A stretch of DNA of 60,256 bases, filler included. It is 5 parts of 5 records of this genome, joined end to end, with 100 filler letters (N's around TTAATTAATTAA, not from the genome) between each part and the next. Parts side by side here need not be neighbours in the genome. Positions count along the whole stretch, not along the records: positions 21,676 to 47,942 come from SRR31156797_19898; 4 more parts are not named here. One strand, 5' to 3'. A program made the position numbers and the translations under genes. Position 1 is the first letter of the stretch; every line of letters starts with the position of its first letter. Below are positions 28,344 through 38,502 of the stretch, piece after piece. The notes beneath the pieces were generated by a model. It searched no databases. It was not told the DNA's origin and saw only the letters and a list, made by a program, of their open reading frames with translations.

Positions 28344-29897
28344 ATGAAACCAGCTGCAATACACGATTTGTTCCCGGATATTGACCCCGGCTCTGTTCCT
28401 TTTCTTGCCATCCTTGACCAGTTTTATATGGGAGTGGTTATAACGGATACTGTCGGCAAGATTTTGTATTTCAACGATGTTCAGGCGCGCATCGACAACC
28501 TTGATCCGAATGATGTGATCGGACAAAAGGTCATGGATTATTATCGCGTGGATGATGATGTTACTCCCATCATGAAATGCGTTGAATCAGGGGAGATCGT
28601 TGACAACTTTGCCTGTTATTATCGTACTCGGTTGGGGAAGGTCGTTAACTCCATACACAATGTTTACCCTTTGTATTCCCATGAAAAATTGATTGGTACG
28701 ATCTGTTTCGTGAGAGATTACAGCATCACTCGGGAGACTTTCGAAACCATTTCGCAACCCCACGCAAGCCGTGAACTGCGGACTTTTAATATCCCGGCTA
28801 CTCCCGCCAAGAGTCGTGATCTGGGAAATGGAACTCGTTTCTCGTTCAAAGATATCATTGGAAAGTCTACAGAATTCGTCAAAGCAGTGGAGTCTGCCCG
28901 TACGGCGTCGAATTCGCCTTCCTCCATCATGCTCTACGGAGAAACCGGTACCGGGAAAGAGCTTTTGGCTCAGTCCATTCACAACAAAAGCGCGAGAAAA
29001 GACAAGCCGTTCACCGCGATCAATTGCGCGGCTATTCCTGAGCATTTGTTGGAAGGAATCCTCTTTGGCACGGCCAAGGGTGCTTTTACCGGAGCCATGG
29101 ATAAGCAGGGGCTTTTTGAACAGGCCGATGGCGGCACGTTGTTTCTTGATGAGATAAATTCAATGTCCATCGGATTGCAGGCAAAGTTGTTGCGGGTTGT
29201 TCAAGAACGAAAAGTACGTCGCGTCGGTTCCTTGAAAGAAACCGACATGGATATAAGAATTATCAGTTCGGTGAATGAGGACCCTCATCAAGCCGCAGAA
29301 AGAGGGGCTCTTCGATATGATCTGCTCTATCGCCTTGGTGTTTTGATTATCAGAATTCCACCTCTCCGGGAGCGAATGGGCGATCTGGAAAAATTGCTTC
29401 GTCATTTTTTGTATAAGTATAGCGTTCTTCTTGATAAAAATATTAACGCTATTTCAGCTGATGTGATGGACATATTTCACAATTATCATTGGACCGGCAA
29501 TGTCCGTGAATTGGAACACGTCATTGAAGGAGCGGTGAATTTGGTCATGGATGGCGAAGCCATTGCAATTCAACATTTGCCAGCTCATATTTCTAAAACG
29601 ATCGTCTCTCCATCTAACGAAGTCGTATTTCCTTCTCGTCAGACTGAGAGGAGGGACGTTAGCCCCGCGAATTCGCTCAATGTTGTTTTCCCGACAGATT
29701 CTTCGGGTACAGCGTGCCCGCAAGATATGTCTTTGGCGAAAATTCAGGCTGACAACGAGAGCCAGACTATTCGCGAGATGTTGGCTTTTTTTCAGGGGAA
29801 TGTTTCAAGAGCTGCCAGAAAACTTGGACTTTCTCCTCAGCTTCTCAATTATAAAATGAAGAAACACGACATTCGCAGAAGCGATTTTCTTGTGTAA
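28344..29897 (+). CDS. Sigma54-dependent activator (PAS-AAA+-Fis HTH, RocR-like)
   Basis: GETGTGKE, GAFTGA, FLDEI, WTGNVRELEH, C-terminal GNVSRAARKLG. Confidence 0.93.
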   Translation: MKPAAIHDLFPDIDPGSVPFLAILDQFYMGVVITDTVGKILYFNDVQARIDNLDPNDVIGQKVMDYYRVDDDVTPIMKCVESGEIVDNFACYYRTRLGKVVNSIHNVYPLYSHEKLIGTICFVRDYSITRETFETISQPHASRELRTFNIPATPAKSRDLGNGTRFSFKDIIGKSTEFVKAVESARTASNSPSSIMLYGETGTGKELLAQSIHNKSARKDKPFTAINCAAIPEHLLEGILFGTAKGAFTGAMDKQGLFEQADGGTLFLDEINSMSIGLQAKLLRVVQERKVRRVGSLKETDMDIRIISSVNEDPHQAAERGALRYDLLYRLGVLIIRIPPLRERMGDLEKLLRHFLYKYSVLLDKNINAISADVMDIFHNYHWTGNVRELEHVIEGAVNLVMDGEAIAIQHLPAHISKTIVSPSNEVVFPSRQTERRDVSPANSLNVVFPTDSSGTACPQDMSLAKIQADNESQTIREMLAFFQGNVSRAARKLGLSPQLLNYKMKKHDIRRSDFLV

Positions 29898-30111
29898 ACA
29901 CGAGGCGTCAACTCTAGACCTACTGAGTGGTTTTCAAGAATTTTGTGGAAAGGTTTTTTAAAATATTTTTGTCTTTTTAAAATGTAGTTTTAAAATAGCA
30001 CAATCTGATTGTGTATACTCCCTTCATTTTTTCTTTCTTTTTTTTGTTTCCGTCAAATATTTAGTTGTTTTATCAGATGTTTGCATTGATTTCCCCCTTT
30101 GCTGCCGTCTG

Positions 30112-30127
30112 TGGCATGTCCGTTGCT
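30112..30127 (+). promoter_or_regulatory. Sigma54 -24/-12 promoter
   Basis: TGGCATGTCCGTTGCT (GG at 30113-30114, GC at 30125-30126); IHF-like TATCAGATGTTTG at 30071-30083. Confidence 0.8.
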
Positions 30128-30338
30128 TTCTCTCAATCAAAAGGCTCGGAATTTGATGGGCAAATGTCCATGAAATTGTATCGGAAGGGCTTTGAGAGTG
30201 GCGCGACATCTGGGAGACCATGGTTGTCGCCTTGAATACCAACGAATTATGGATTTGGTGCATCCTTTGAAACCGTCTGCTGGTTGCCAAGAGATTGTAC
30301 GTAGAATTCATAGCAACTTTCATTCAGGAGACCTCGTT

Positions 30339-31232
30339 ATGGAAAAGAAAATGAAATTGGGATTGCACACCTATACTTTGCATCTTTGGGGACTCGGTCA
30401 GAATTGGGGTATGATAGCAAAGCCACGCCCCAAGGAAATGAATTTGATGCAGTTGATGGACAAAGCTGTGGAATGGGGGCTGGACGGGCTTCACATTACC
30501 GGTTGCGATTTGGAAACCAAAGACGATCAGCGTTTGAAAGAAGTCAAGGAAGCCGCTGAAGCTCGTGGCCTTTATTTGGAGTACAATTTTTCTTTGGATG
30601 AAGAGTTTGATCCTCGTTTGAGCGATAGCGTGGAGGAAGGTATTCATATCACCGAGAAGATCGGTGCTGATTTGGGTAAGATCAGTTTGGATATCCGTCG
30701 TCCCCGTCCGCTTTATGGCAGCTGTTTTCATCCTGACGTAATGAAACAGCTCTGCGCAGTCTATGACGAGGTGAAGGCAGCGCTTCCCTTGCTGGAGAAG
30801 ACTGGTATAAGGTTGGCCCTGGAAAATCATACTGAAACTTTTGCTGATGAGATTCTATGGTTGATCGAAAGAATCAATCATCCGCTGGTGGGTGCTTGTG
30901 TTGATACGGTGAATTCCATGGGTGTGCTGGAGAATCCGGAAACGGCTGTGGCGAAATTGGCACCGTATGCTTTTTCAAATCATTTTTGCGATCACAAACT
31001 TGATCGGGATCAGTTCGGTATTCGGTTTCATGGCGTCGCACTTGGTGATGGGGATATCGACTGTTTCAAGACCTATAACACCATAAAAGAGTTGTCTCCG
31101 ACAGACCGTATTACTTTCGAAATCGAATGGGATATGGGGGAAGATTCTCTTGAGGTCGCACGAGAAAAAGAATTGGATGCCTGCATCAGAAGTATTAAGT
31201 ACGCCCGTGAGGTTCTCAATATAGGAGCATAA
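30339..31232 (+). CDS. Sugar-phosphate isomerase/epimerase-like TIM-barrel protein (AP endonuclease 2 family)
   Basis: LALENH, CVDTVNS, HFCDH, GDGDID, ITFE metal ligands. Start placed at ATG 30339 after AGGAG. Confidence 0.82.
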   Translation: MEKKMKLGLHTYTLHLWGLGQNWGMIAKPRPKEMNLMQLMDKAVEWGLDGLHITGCDLETKDDQRLKEVKEAAEARGLYLEYNFSLDEEFDPRLSDSVEEGIHITEKIGADLGKISLDIRRPRPLYGSCFHPDVMKQLCAVYDEVKAALPLLEKTGIRLALENHTETFADEILWLIERINHPLVGACVDTVNSMGVLENPETAVAKLAPYAFSNHFCDHKLDRDQFGIRFHGVALGDGDIDCFKTYNTIKELSPTDRITFEIEWDMGEDSLEVAREKELDACIRSIKYAREVLNIGA

Positions 31233-31245
31233 AGGAAATCAACAT

Positions 31246-31277
31246 AAAAAAGGGGACGTTCTTTGGAACGTCCCCTT
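31246..31277. terminator. Terminator between convergent genes
   Basis: AAAAAAGGGGACGTTC-TTTG-GAACGTCCCCTT. Confidence 0.85.
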
Positions 31278-31301
31278 GTGTTTCATTGTGTGGAGAGTTG
31301 G

Positions 31302-33029
31302 TTACTTAACCTTGCCAGCCTTCCATGCTTCGAGCAGCTTGTCGTAATCGACAGTTTCACCCTTGGGCTTCTCGTTGGCGAGCTTGGCCTTGGGGGAACC
31401 CGGCTTGTTCAGCCAGTATGACTCTTCGCGGGGCTTGTTCAGCTTGGGACCGCAGTCGCCGAGGATGCCTGCACGTTCGAGGCGCATGAGAATCTTGTCC
31501 TGTTCCTTGGCGAGGTTGTCCATGGCGGTGTCGACGGTGACTTCACCGGCAACAGCTTCACCGATGTTCTGCCACCAGAGCTGAGACAGCTTCGGGTAAT
31601 CAGGAACGTTGGTGCCGGTAGGCGTCCAGGCGACGCGGGCCGGGCTGCGATAGAATTCCACCAGACCGCCCAGCTTGGGAGCGCGTTCGGTGAAGGATTT
31701 GTCGTGGATGTCAGAGTTACGAATGGGGGTCAGACCAACGTGGGTCTTCTTCAGGGACGTGGTCTTGGCGACGCAGAACTGTGCGAACAGCCATGCAGCC
31801 TGACGACGTTTGATCGGAGTGGATTTCAGCAGGGTCCAGGAACCGCAGTCCTGATAACCGAGCTTCTGGCCTTCTTCCCAGTACGGGCCGTGCGGGGACG
31901 GAGCCATACGCCATTTGGGTGTACCATCAGCGTTGACGACCGGAGTTCCTTCCTGAACCATGGAAGCGGTAAAGGCGGTGTACCAGAAGATCTGCTGGGC
32001 AACGTTACCCTTGGCAAGGCTGGGGAGGGACTGATAGAAGTCCATGCCCAAAGCACCCGGAGGGGCGTATTTACGGAGCCAGTCCATATATTTGCGCAGT
32101 GCATACTTGGCGGCGGGGCCGTTGGTGGCGCCACCACGAGCAACAGAAGAACCGACAGGGCGGCAACCTTCTACACGGATGCCCCATTCGTCGACAGGCT
32201 TGCCGTTGGGGATACCCTTGTCGCCAGCACCGGCCATGGACAGCCATGCGTCAGTGAAACGCCAGCCGAGGTCCGGGGCTTTCTTGCCGTAATCCATGTG
32301 GCCGTAAATGGCCTTGCCGTTGATTTCACGGACATCTTCACTGAAGAATTCAGCGATATCTTCGTAAGCGGACCAGTTGACCGGAACGCCGAGGTCGTAG
32401 CCATATTTGGCCTTGAAGGCTTTTTTCAGTTCAGGTTTCTGGAACCAGTCATAGCGGAACCAGTACAGGTTGGCGAACTGTTGGTCAGGCAACTGATAGA
32501 GCTTGCCGTCAGGACCGGTGGTAAAGGATTTACCCATGAAATCGTCGATATCAAGGGTGGGCAGAGTGACGGATTTTCCTTCGTTTTCCATCCAGTCGGT
32601 CAGGTTGACCACGTGGCCGGAACGGAAGTGGGTACCGATCAGATCGGAGTCGTTGATGTAGGCATCAAAGACGTTTTCGCCAGATTGGAATTGGACCTGG
32701 AGTTTTTCAATGACATCACCTTCCTGAATCAAGTCATGTGTGACCTTGATACCGGTGATTTCATAGAAAGCCTTGGCAAGCACTTTGGATTCGTACTCGT
32801 GGGTGGGGATAGTCTCAGAGACAACTTTGATTTCCATGCCTTTGAAGGGGGCGGCGGCTTTGATAAACCACTGCATTTCCTTCATCTGTTCCTCTTTTGT
32901 CAAAGTGGATGGCTGGAACTCGTTGTCGATCCATTTTTTGGCAGCCTTGGTGTCGGCAAAACCGACACTGGCGAGGCTGAGGCATGCTACTGTGAGCACG
33001 CCTGTCATCAATAAACGCCGCAACTTCAT
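31302..33029 (-). CDS. glpV: Glycerol ABC transporter substrate-binding protein
   Basis: WIDNEFQPSTL, ETIPTHEYES, TGTNVPDYPKL; 575 aa; gene order matches rhizobial glpSTPQUV. Confidence 0.85.
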   Translation of the reverse strand: MKLRRLLMTGVLTVACLSLASVGFADTKAAKKWIDNEFQPSTLTKEEQMKEMQWFIKAAAPFKGMEIKVVSETIPTHEYESKVLAKAFYEITGIKVTHDLIQEGDVIEKLQVQFQSGENVFDAYINDSDLIGTHFRSGHVVNLTDWMENEGKSVTLPTLDIDDFMGKSFTTGPDGKLYQLPDQQFANLYWFRYDWFQKPELKKAFKAKYGYDLGVPVNWSAYEDIAEFFSEDVREINGKAIYGHMDYGKKAPDLGWRFTDAWLSMAGAGDKGIPNGKPVDEWGIRVEGCRPVGSSVARGGATNGPAAKYALRKYMDWLRKYAPPGALGMDFYQSLPSLAKGNVAQQIFWYTAFTASMVQEGTPVVNADGTPKWRMAPSPHGPYWEEGQKLGYQDCGSWTLLKSTPIKRRQAAWLFAQFCVAKTTSLKKTHVGLTPIRNSDIHDKSFTERAPKLGGLVEFYRSPARVAWTPTGTNVPDYPKLSQLWWQNIGEAVAGEVTVDTAMDNLAKEQDKILMRLERAGILGDCGPKLNKPREESYWLNKPGSPKAKLANEKPKGETVDYDKLLEAWKAGKVK

Positions 33030-33132
33030 ACGTACCTCCGTATGCTGATTAAAATAACACCTCTACCTCTAGTACCTCTTTACAACCGCAGATCTTCTCA
33101 ATGCGGGTTTTGGAAGTGCCATGTGTCGGGGA

Positions 33133-33411
33133 TTACCCCCAGCGCATGACCACAATGAGAAAACACACGGATATTACCGTTGCAATCCAAACACTGAAAT
33201 CAGTCAGTCCTACCCATGACAAATGTATATATGCGCTGCCCAGCAGCCCGATGAAAAGGCGGTCTCCACGAGTTGTGGTCAGCGGCAGTATGCCGCGTCT
33301 GGCCACACAGGGAGAAACCACTTCCCATATTGTCATCCCGATGAGCATCAAAACGATGACGCAAAAAAACCCAGCCGTGACCGGTGTCCATGCCATCCAT
33401 TCCAGATTCAT
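33133..33411 (-). CDS. glpU: Small integral membrane protein (DUF2160)
   Basis: WMAWT..TTRGDRLFIGLLGSAYIHL. Confidence 0.85.
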   Translation of the reverse strand: MNLEWMAWTPVTAGFFCVIVLMLIGMTIWEVVSPCVARRGILPLTTTRGDRLFIGLLGSAYIHLSWVGLTDFSVWIATVISVCFLIVVMRWG

Positions 33412-33426
33412 ATCCGTATCCTTTTC

Positions 33427-34226
<800 letters not shown>

Positions 34227-34230
<4 letters not shown>

Positions 34231-35099
34231 GATTTTTCTCCTGTCCCGACTGCCTGAAGAGCTTGATAGAACAGCCAGCAGAACAACAGGATGATGAGGA
34301 AGTAGATCAACGAGAATGCAGCAGCCGGACCAAGGTCGAACTGACCGACAGCTATTTTGACAAGGTAGATGGACAGGAAGGTCGTTGAGTTACCGGGCCC
34401 GCCGCCTGTGAGGACGAAAGGCTCTGCATAAATCAGGAAGCTGTCCATGAATCGCAACAGCAGGGCGATAGTCAGAACGCCGCGCATCTTTGGGAGCTGG
34501 ATGAAACGGAAAATAGCCCAAGCCGAGGCGCCGTCAATCTTGGCCGCCTGATAATACGCTTCGGGAATGGCCCGAAGCCCTGCGTAGGCCAGCAGGACGA
34601 CAAGTGGCGTCCAGTGCCAGACCTCCATGAGCATCAATGTCGTCCATGCGTCAAATGCATGGGCCGTGTGATCGAACGAAATTCCGGCTCCGTTGACGAG
34701 ATAACCGAACAGGCCGATATCCGGTCTGGTGAAAATGATCCAGATTGTTCCAATGACATTCCAGGGAATCAGCAATGGCAGGGCTAGAATGACGAGACAT
34801 GCGGAAGCTGCCCATCCCTTTTTGGGCATGGTCAACGCAATGGCGATTCCAAGCGGCATTTCAATGAGTAGGACAAGTCCCGAGAATGCCAATTGTCGCC
34901 ATAGGGCGTCATGGAGTCGGACGTCCAACAGGACCTCTTTGAACCATTCGACGCCAACGAAGAATCGCTGCCCCGGCCCAAAGATATCCTGCACCGAATA
35001 GTTGACAACGGTCATCAACGGAATGATCGCACTGAAGGCCACGATGATAAAGACCGGGAGAATGAAAAACCATGCTTTGTTATTGTTCCATTTATTCAC
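34227..35099 (-). CDS. Glycerol ABC transporter permease (rhizobial GlpP equivalent)
   Basis: YYQAAKIDGAS EAA loop; LTGGGPG. Confidence 0.88.
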
Positions 35100-35111
35100 A
35101 GTCGCCTCCCG

Positions 35112-36197
35112 TTATTTGACCAGTCTTTCGTCGCAGTAAATCTTTGTTTTTTCGGGCGGAAAGGTCAGCCAGCATGTACCCTCCGGAATATTCCGGTTAT
35201 CTTTGATTCTGGCTTTGATGTCGTTGTCACCGAATCGAGCTGTGACAATACGACAAAAACCTTGATCTTCGACGCTGACAACTTGAGCGGCAATGCCTTT
35301 CTCAACTTCCGTGTCATGGATTTTAACGTACATGGGGCGAATGCCGATTTTGAGTTTGCCACCTAATCGAGTGGCTTTATCGGCATAAGAAGGAGTCAAC
35401 GGGATGGCTACGTCATTAACCAGAGCCGTACTGTCGGTTACTGTACATTCCATAAAATTCATGCCCGGGCTGCCTATGAAATATCCGACAAAGGTGTGGT
35501 CCGGGTTTTCAAAAAGTTCTTCCGGTGTACCTGTCTGGACAATTTCACCTTCGTACATGACTACTATTTGATCCGCGAAGGTCATTGCCTCCACTTGATC
35601 GTGTGTGACGTAGATCATGGTTAATTTGAATTCTTTATGGATTTCCTTGAGCTTACGTCGAAGATCCCATTTGAGATGCGGGTCGATGACCGTGAGCGGC
35701 TCATCAAAAAGGATGGCTGCGACATCGCTTCTGACTAACCCTCGGCCAAGGGATATTTTCTGTTTTGCGTCAGCGGAAAGTCCGGCTGCCCGTTTGTGCA
35801 AGTCCTGTTTCAGGTCGAGAGCCTCGGCGATTTCATCAACGCGTTTGTTGATGTCCGCCTTGGGCACGCCTCTGTTTTTCAGGGGAAATGCGAGGTTCTG
35901 ATACACCGTCATGGTGTCGTACAGGACCGGGAACTGGAAAACCTGAGCGATATTCCGTTGTTCCGGCTGCATGGCAGATACGTCTTTGTCATCATAAAGG
36001 ATGCTGCCGTGCGACGGTTTCAGCAACCCGGATATGATGTTCAGCATCGTGGTCTTGCCGCAACCTGACGGGCCGAGCAGAGCATAGGCTCCTCCATCTT
36101 CCCAAACCGTGTGGATTCGCTTGAGCGCGAAGTCGTCTTCATCCACCGGATCAGGGCGATAGCTGTGCTTGATTTCCTTGAGTTCAATGCGCGCCAT
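35112..36197 (-). CDS. Glycerol ABC transporter ATP-binding protein (rhizobial GlpT equivalent)
   Basis: GPSGCGKT; variant signature LSADAKQK; ILFDEP. Confidence 0.9.
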   Translation of the reverse strand: MARIELKEIKHSYRPDPVDEDDFALKRIHTVWEDGGAYALLGPSGCGKTTMLNIISGLLKPSHGSILYDDKDVSAMQPEQRNIAQVFQFPVLYDTMTVYQNLAFPLKNRGVPKADINKRVDEIAEALDLKQDLHKRAAGLSADAKQKISLGRGLVRSDVAAILFDEPLTVIDPHLKWDLRRKLKEIHKEFKLTMIYVTHDQVEAMTFADQIVVMYEGEIVQTGTPEELFENPDHTFVGYFIGSPGMNFMECTVTDSTALVNDVAIPLTPSYADKATRLGGKLKIGIRPMYVKIHDTEVEKGIAAQVVSVEDQGFCRIVTARFGDNDIKARIKDNRNIPEGTCWLTFPPEKTKIYCDERLVK

Positions 36198-36209
36198 GAG
36201 ATCTCCCGG

Positions 36210-37289
36210 CTAGTCAGTCTCTGGCGAGAGTATGAGTTCTCCCGCCTCGTTGAATACATAAAAGGCACTCGGATGGACATAGACCGAAACCTGGCTTCCT
36301 GTTTTGTGAATGTGGACGCCATCATCCTGAACGACGAGTGATTCGTCGCCGTGCTTGATGTGAACAAAGGTTTCGGACCCGTTGATTTCCGATAAGGCCA
36401 CTTCGCCCACGATACAGACGTGGTCGTCACTGTCGCAGACCATGCTGAGCTGATTGGAGCGAACGCCGAAAATATAGTTGTCCTTGGGGAGGTCGGCCAT
36501 TGTCGAAGCTTTTTGAAAGGTCAATCCATTGACCATATCTACCGTGCCGTTACTGATCGAACCGTGCATGAAATTGATGGGCGGATCGCTGAAGACTTCG
36601 GCAACCTGAGTGGTGGCGGGGTGCTGATACACTTCGGCGGTTGGTCCGATCTGGAGGACTCGGCCTTCGTGCATGACAATGACATTGCCGCCGAGCATGA
36701 GTGCTTCGGTGGGCTCCGTCGTCGTGTAAACAACAACCGAGTCACGTTCAATGAAGATTTTTTGCAATTCGTCTCGAAGTTCTTCTCTCAATTTGTAGTC
36801 GAGGTTGACGAGAGGTTCATCTAGCAGGAGAAGGTCGACGTTTTTGACTAATGCGCGGGCGATTGCTGTCCGTTGCTGCTGCCCTCCAGAAAGTTCAGCG
36901 GGGAGTCGGTCGAGTAGGTGTTCAATATGCAGCATGGAGGCTGCTTCCATGACACGTCTTTCGATTTCGTCTTTTTTTACGCCGTGAATTTTTAAGGGTG
37001 ATGCGATGTTTTCGTAGATGGTCTGGGACGGGTAATTGATGAATTGCTGGTAAACCATGGCGATACTACGCTTGCGAACGGTGACGCCTGTGACGTCTTG
37101 TCCATCAGCGAAGACGGAACCCGACGTGGGGCGATCAAGGCCTGCCATGATTCGGAGGAGCGAGGTTTTCCCTGCTAAGGTCCGTCCCAGAACCACGTAG
37201 CGAGAGCCAGAATCGAACTCCAGGTTGATCTCGTTGAGATGGACTTCCTGTCCAACCAATTTATTGATGCCTTTGAGCTGTAAACTCAT
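36210..37289 (-). CDS. glpS: Glycerol ABC transporter ATP-binding protein
   Basis: GRTLAGKT, LSGGQQQR, LLLDEP, TOBE-like tail. Confidence 0.88.
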   Translation of the reverse strand: MSLQLKGINKLVGQEVHLNEINLEFDSGSRYVVLGRTLAGKTSLLRIMAGLDRPTSGSVFADGQDVTGVTVRKRSIAMVYQQFINYPSQTIYENIASPLKIHGVKKDEIERRVMEAASMLHIEHLLDRLPAELSGGQQQRTAIARALVKNVDLLLLDEPLVNLDYKLREELRDELQKIFIERDSVVVYTTTEPTEALMLGGNVIVMHEGRVLQIGPTAEVYQHPATTQVAEVFSDPPINFMHGSISNGTVDMVNGLTFQKASTMADLPKDNYIFGVRSNQLSMVCDSDDHVCIVGEVALSEINGSETFVHIKHGDESLVVQDDGVHIHKTGSQVSVYVHPSAFYVFNEAGELILSPETD

Positions 37290-37366
37290 AAATCGTACTC
37301 CCGGTGGTCTATTCCGGTCAAAATTTTCACAACATATTCACAATATGACGTAGCATTGTCAGTAAA

Positions 37367-37382
37367 TGTTCGCAAGTGAAAA
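37367..37382. promoter_or_regulatory. Putative GlpR operator upstream of the ABC operon
   Basis: TGTTCGCAAGTGAAAA, similar to the E. coli GlpR core TGTTCG-N4-CGAACA. Confidence 0.6.
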
Positions 37383-37436
37383 CGATTTTTCCATGACTCC
37401 TGAGTTATTTACTTTTTTAAAAAATACCTGTTTGAA

Positions 37437-38246
37437 CTACTCGGCAACATGGAGTTCGACGTCGTTGTGCTTCATTATCTCAACGAGTTCAGCCGGTGGC
37501 AGCTTGTTAGTGAACATGGCATCAACTTCGCGGATGTTGCCCAGTCTGACCATGGCGTTTCTGCCGAATTTAGTGTGATCTGTGACAAGAAAGACTTTGC
37601 GAGAATTTTCAATGATGGAACGTGCGGCTGTGACTTCGCGATAATCGAAGTCGAGGAGTGTGCCGTCTTTGTCTACACCGCTGATTCCAATGATGCCGTA
37701 GTCGACTTTGAACTGGCGTATGAAGTCAATGGCTGCCTCTCCTACGATGCCGCAGTCCTTGTGTCGTACGATTCCGCCGGAAACGATAACTTCTATGTCT
37801 TTGTTTCCGCTTAATGTCTTGGCAACATTGAGATTATTGGTGATGACACGGAGCTTGTCATGGTGAACTAAGACTTTTGCGACTTCTTCGGTGGTTGTTC
37901 CCATATTGATAAAAAGCGAAGACTTGGTGGGGATGTTTTGGGCAACCAATTTGGCGATGACCTGTTTTTCCCGAAGGCAGAGAATCTTGCGATCAGTGTA
38001 GTCGACGTTTTCCGTGCTGAGTATGGGTCCGGCTCCCCCGTGGTGTCTTTGAAGGAGTCCTTGATCACAGAGCGTATTGATATCTCGACGGACAGTTTGC
38101 GGGGTGACATTGAACTTTGTGGACAAGTCTCCAATGGCAATAAAGCCCCGTTCTCTGACAAGGTCGACTATTTGTTTGTGGCGTATTTGGACGGAGGCGT
38201 GTTTGCCGCCTTTGTTTGTGGGATTGCCTGAATTTTGATCCGACAT
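37437..38246 (-). CDS. glpR: DeoR-family glycerol-3-phosphate regulon repressor
   Basis: FNVTPQTVRRDI HTH, RHHGGA, GTTTEEVA, DHTKFGR; located within the glp cluster. Confidence 0.9.
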   Translation of the reverse strand: MSDQNSGNPTNKGGKHASVQIRHKQIVDLVRERGFIAIGDLSTKFNVTPQTVRRDINTLCDQGLLQRHHGGAGPILSTENVDYTDRKILCLREKQVIAKLVAQNIPTKSSLFINMGTTTEEVAKVLVHHDKLRVITNNLNVAKTLSGNKDIEVIVSGGIVRHKDCGIVGEAAIDFIRQFKVDYGIIGISGVDKDGTLLDFDYREVTAARSIIENSRKVFLVTDHTKFGRNAMVRLGNIREVDAMFTNKLPPAELVEIMKHNDVELHVAE

Positions 38247-38269
38247 AACTCTTCCTTAACTCTATGGTA

Positions 38270-38319
38270 TGTTCAATTGCGAAAATAAATATTGGTGTTT
38301 TCTTGTTCGAAAGTGAAAA
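38270..38319. promoter_or_regulatory. Two putative GlpR operators in the divergent glpR/glpA region
   Basis: TGTTCAATTGCGAAAA (38270-38285) and TGTTCGAAAGTGAAAA (38304-38319). Confidence 0.6.
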
Positions 38320-38502
38320 AAATAATGACGCAATCCCTGTTTTTAGGTATGTTAGAGCTGCTTTTTTGCTTTGTTGCGTTTATAATTTTCTTTTTTACTC
38401 ATAACAGTTTCATTTTTTTGCTACAAGAGAAAATCGAAAGTTGTTGTTTGAATGATCCATTTCTACATGTTTGCAGTTATTTGGGCATAGGGAGCCGTCA
38501 TT

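Noticed and set aside
30192-30338. 49-aa N-terminal extension of the TIM-barrel ORF
   Set aside because: TTG start with no convincing RBS; AGGAG precedes ATG 30339.
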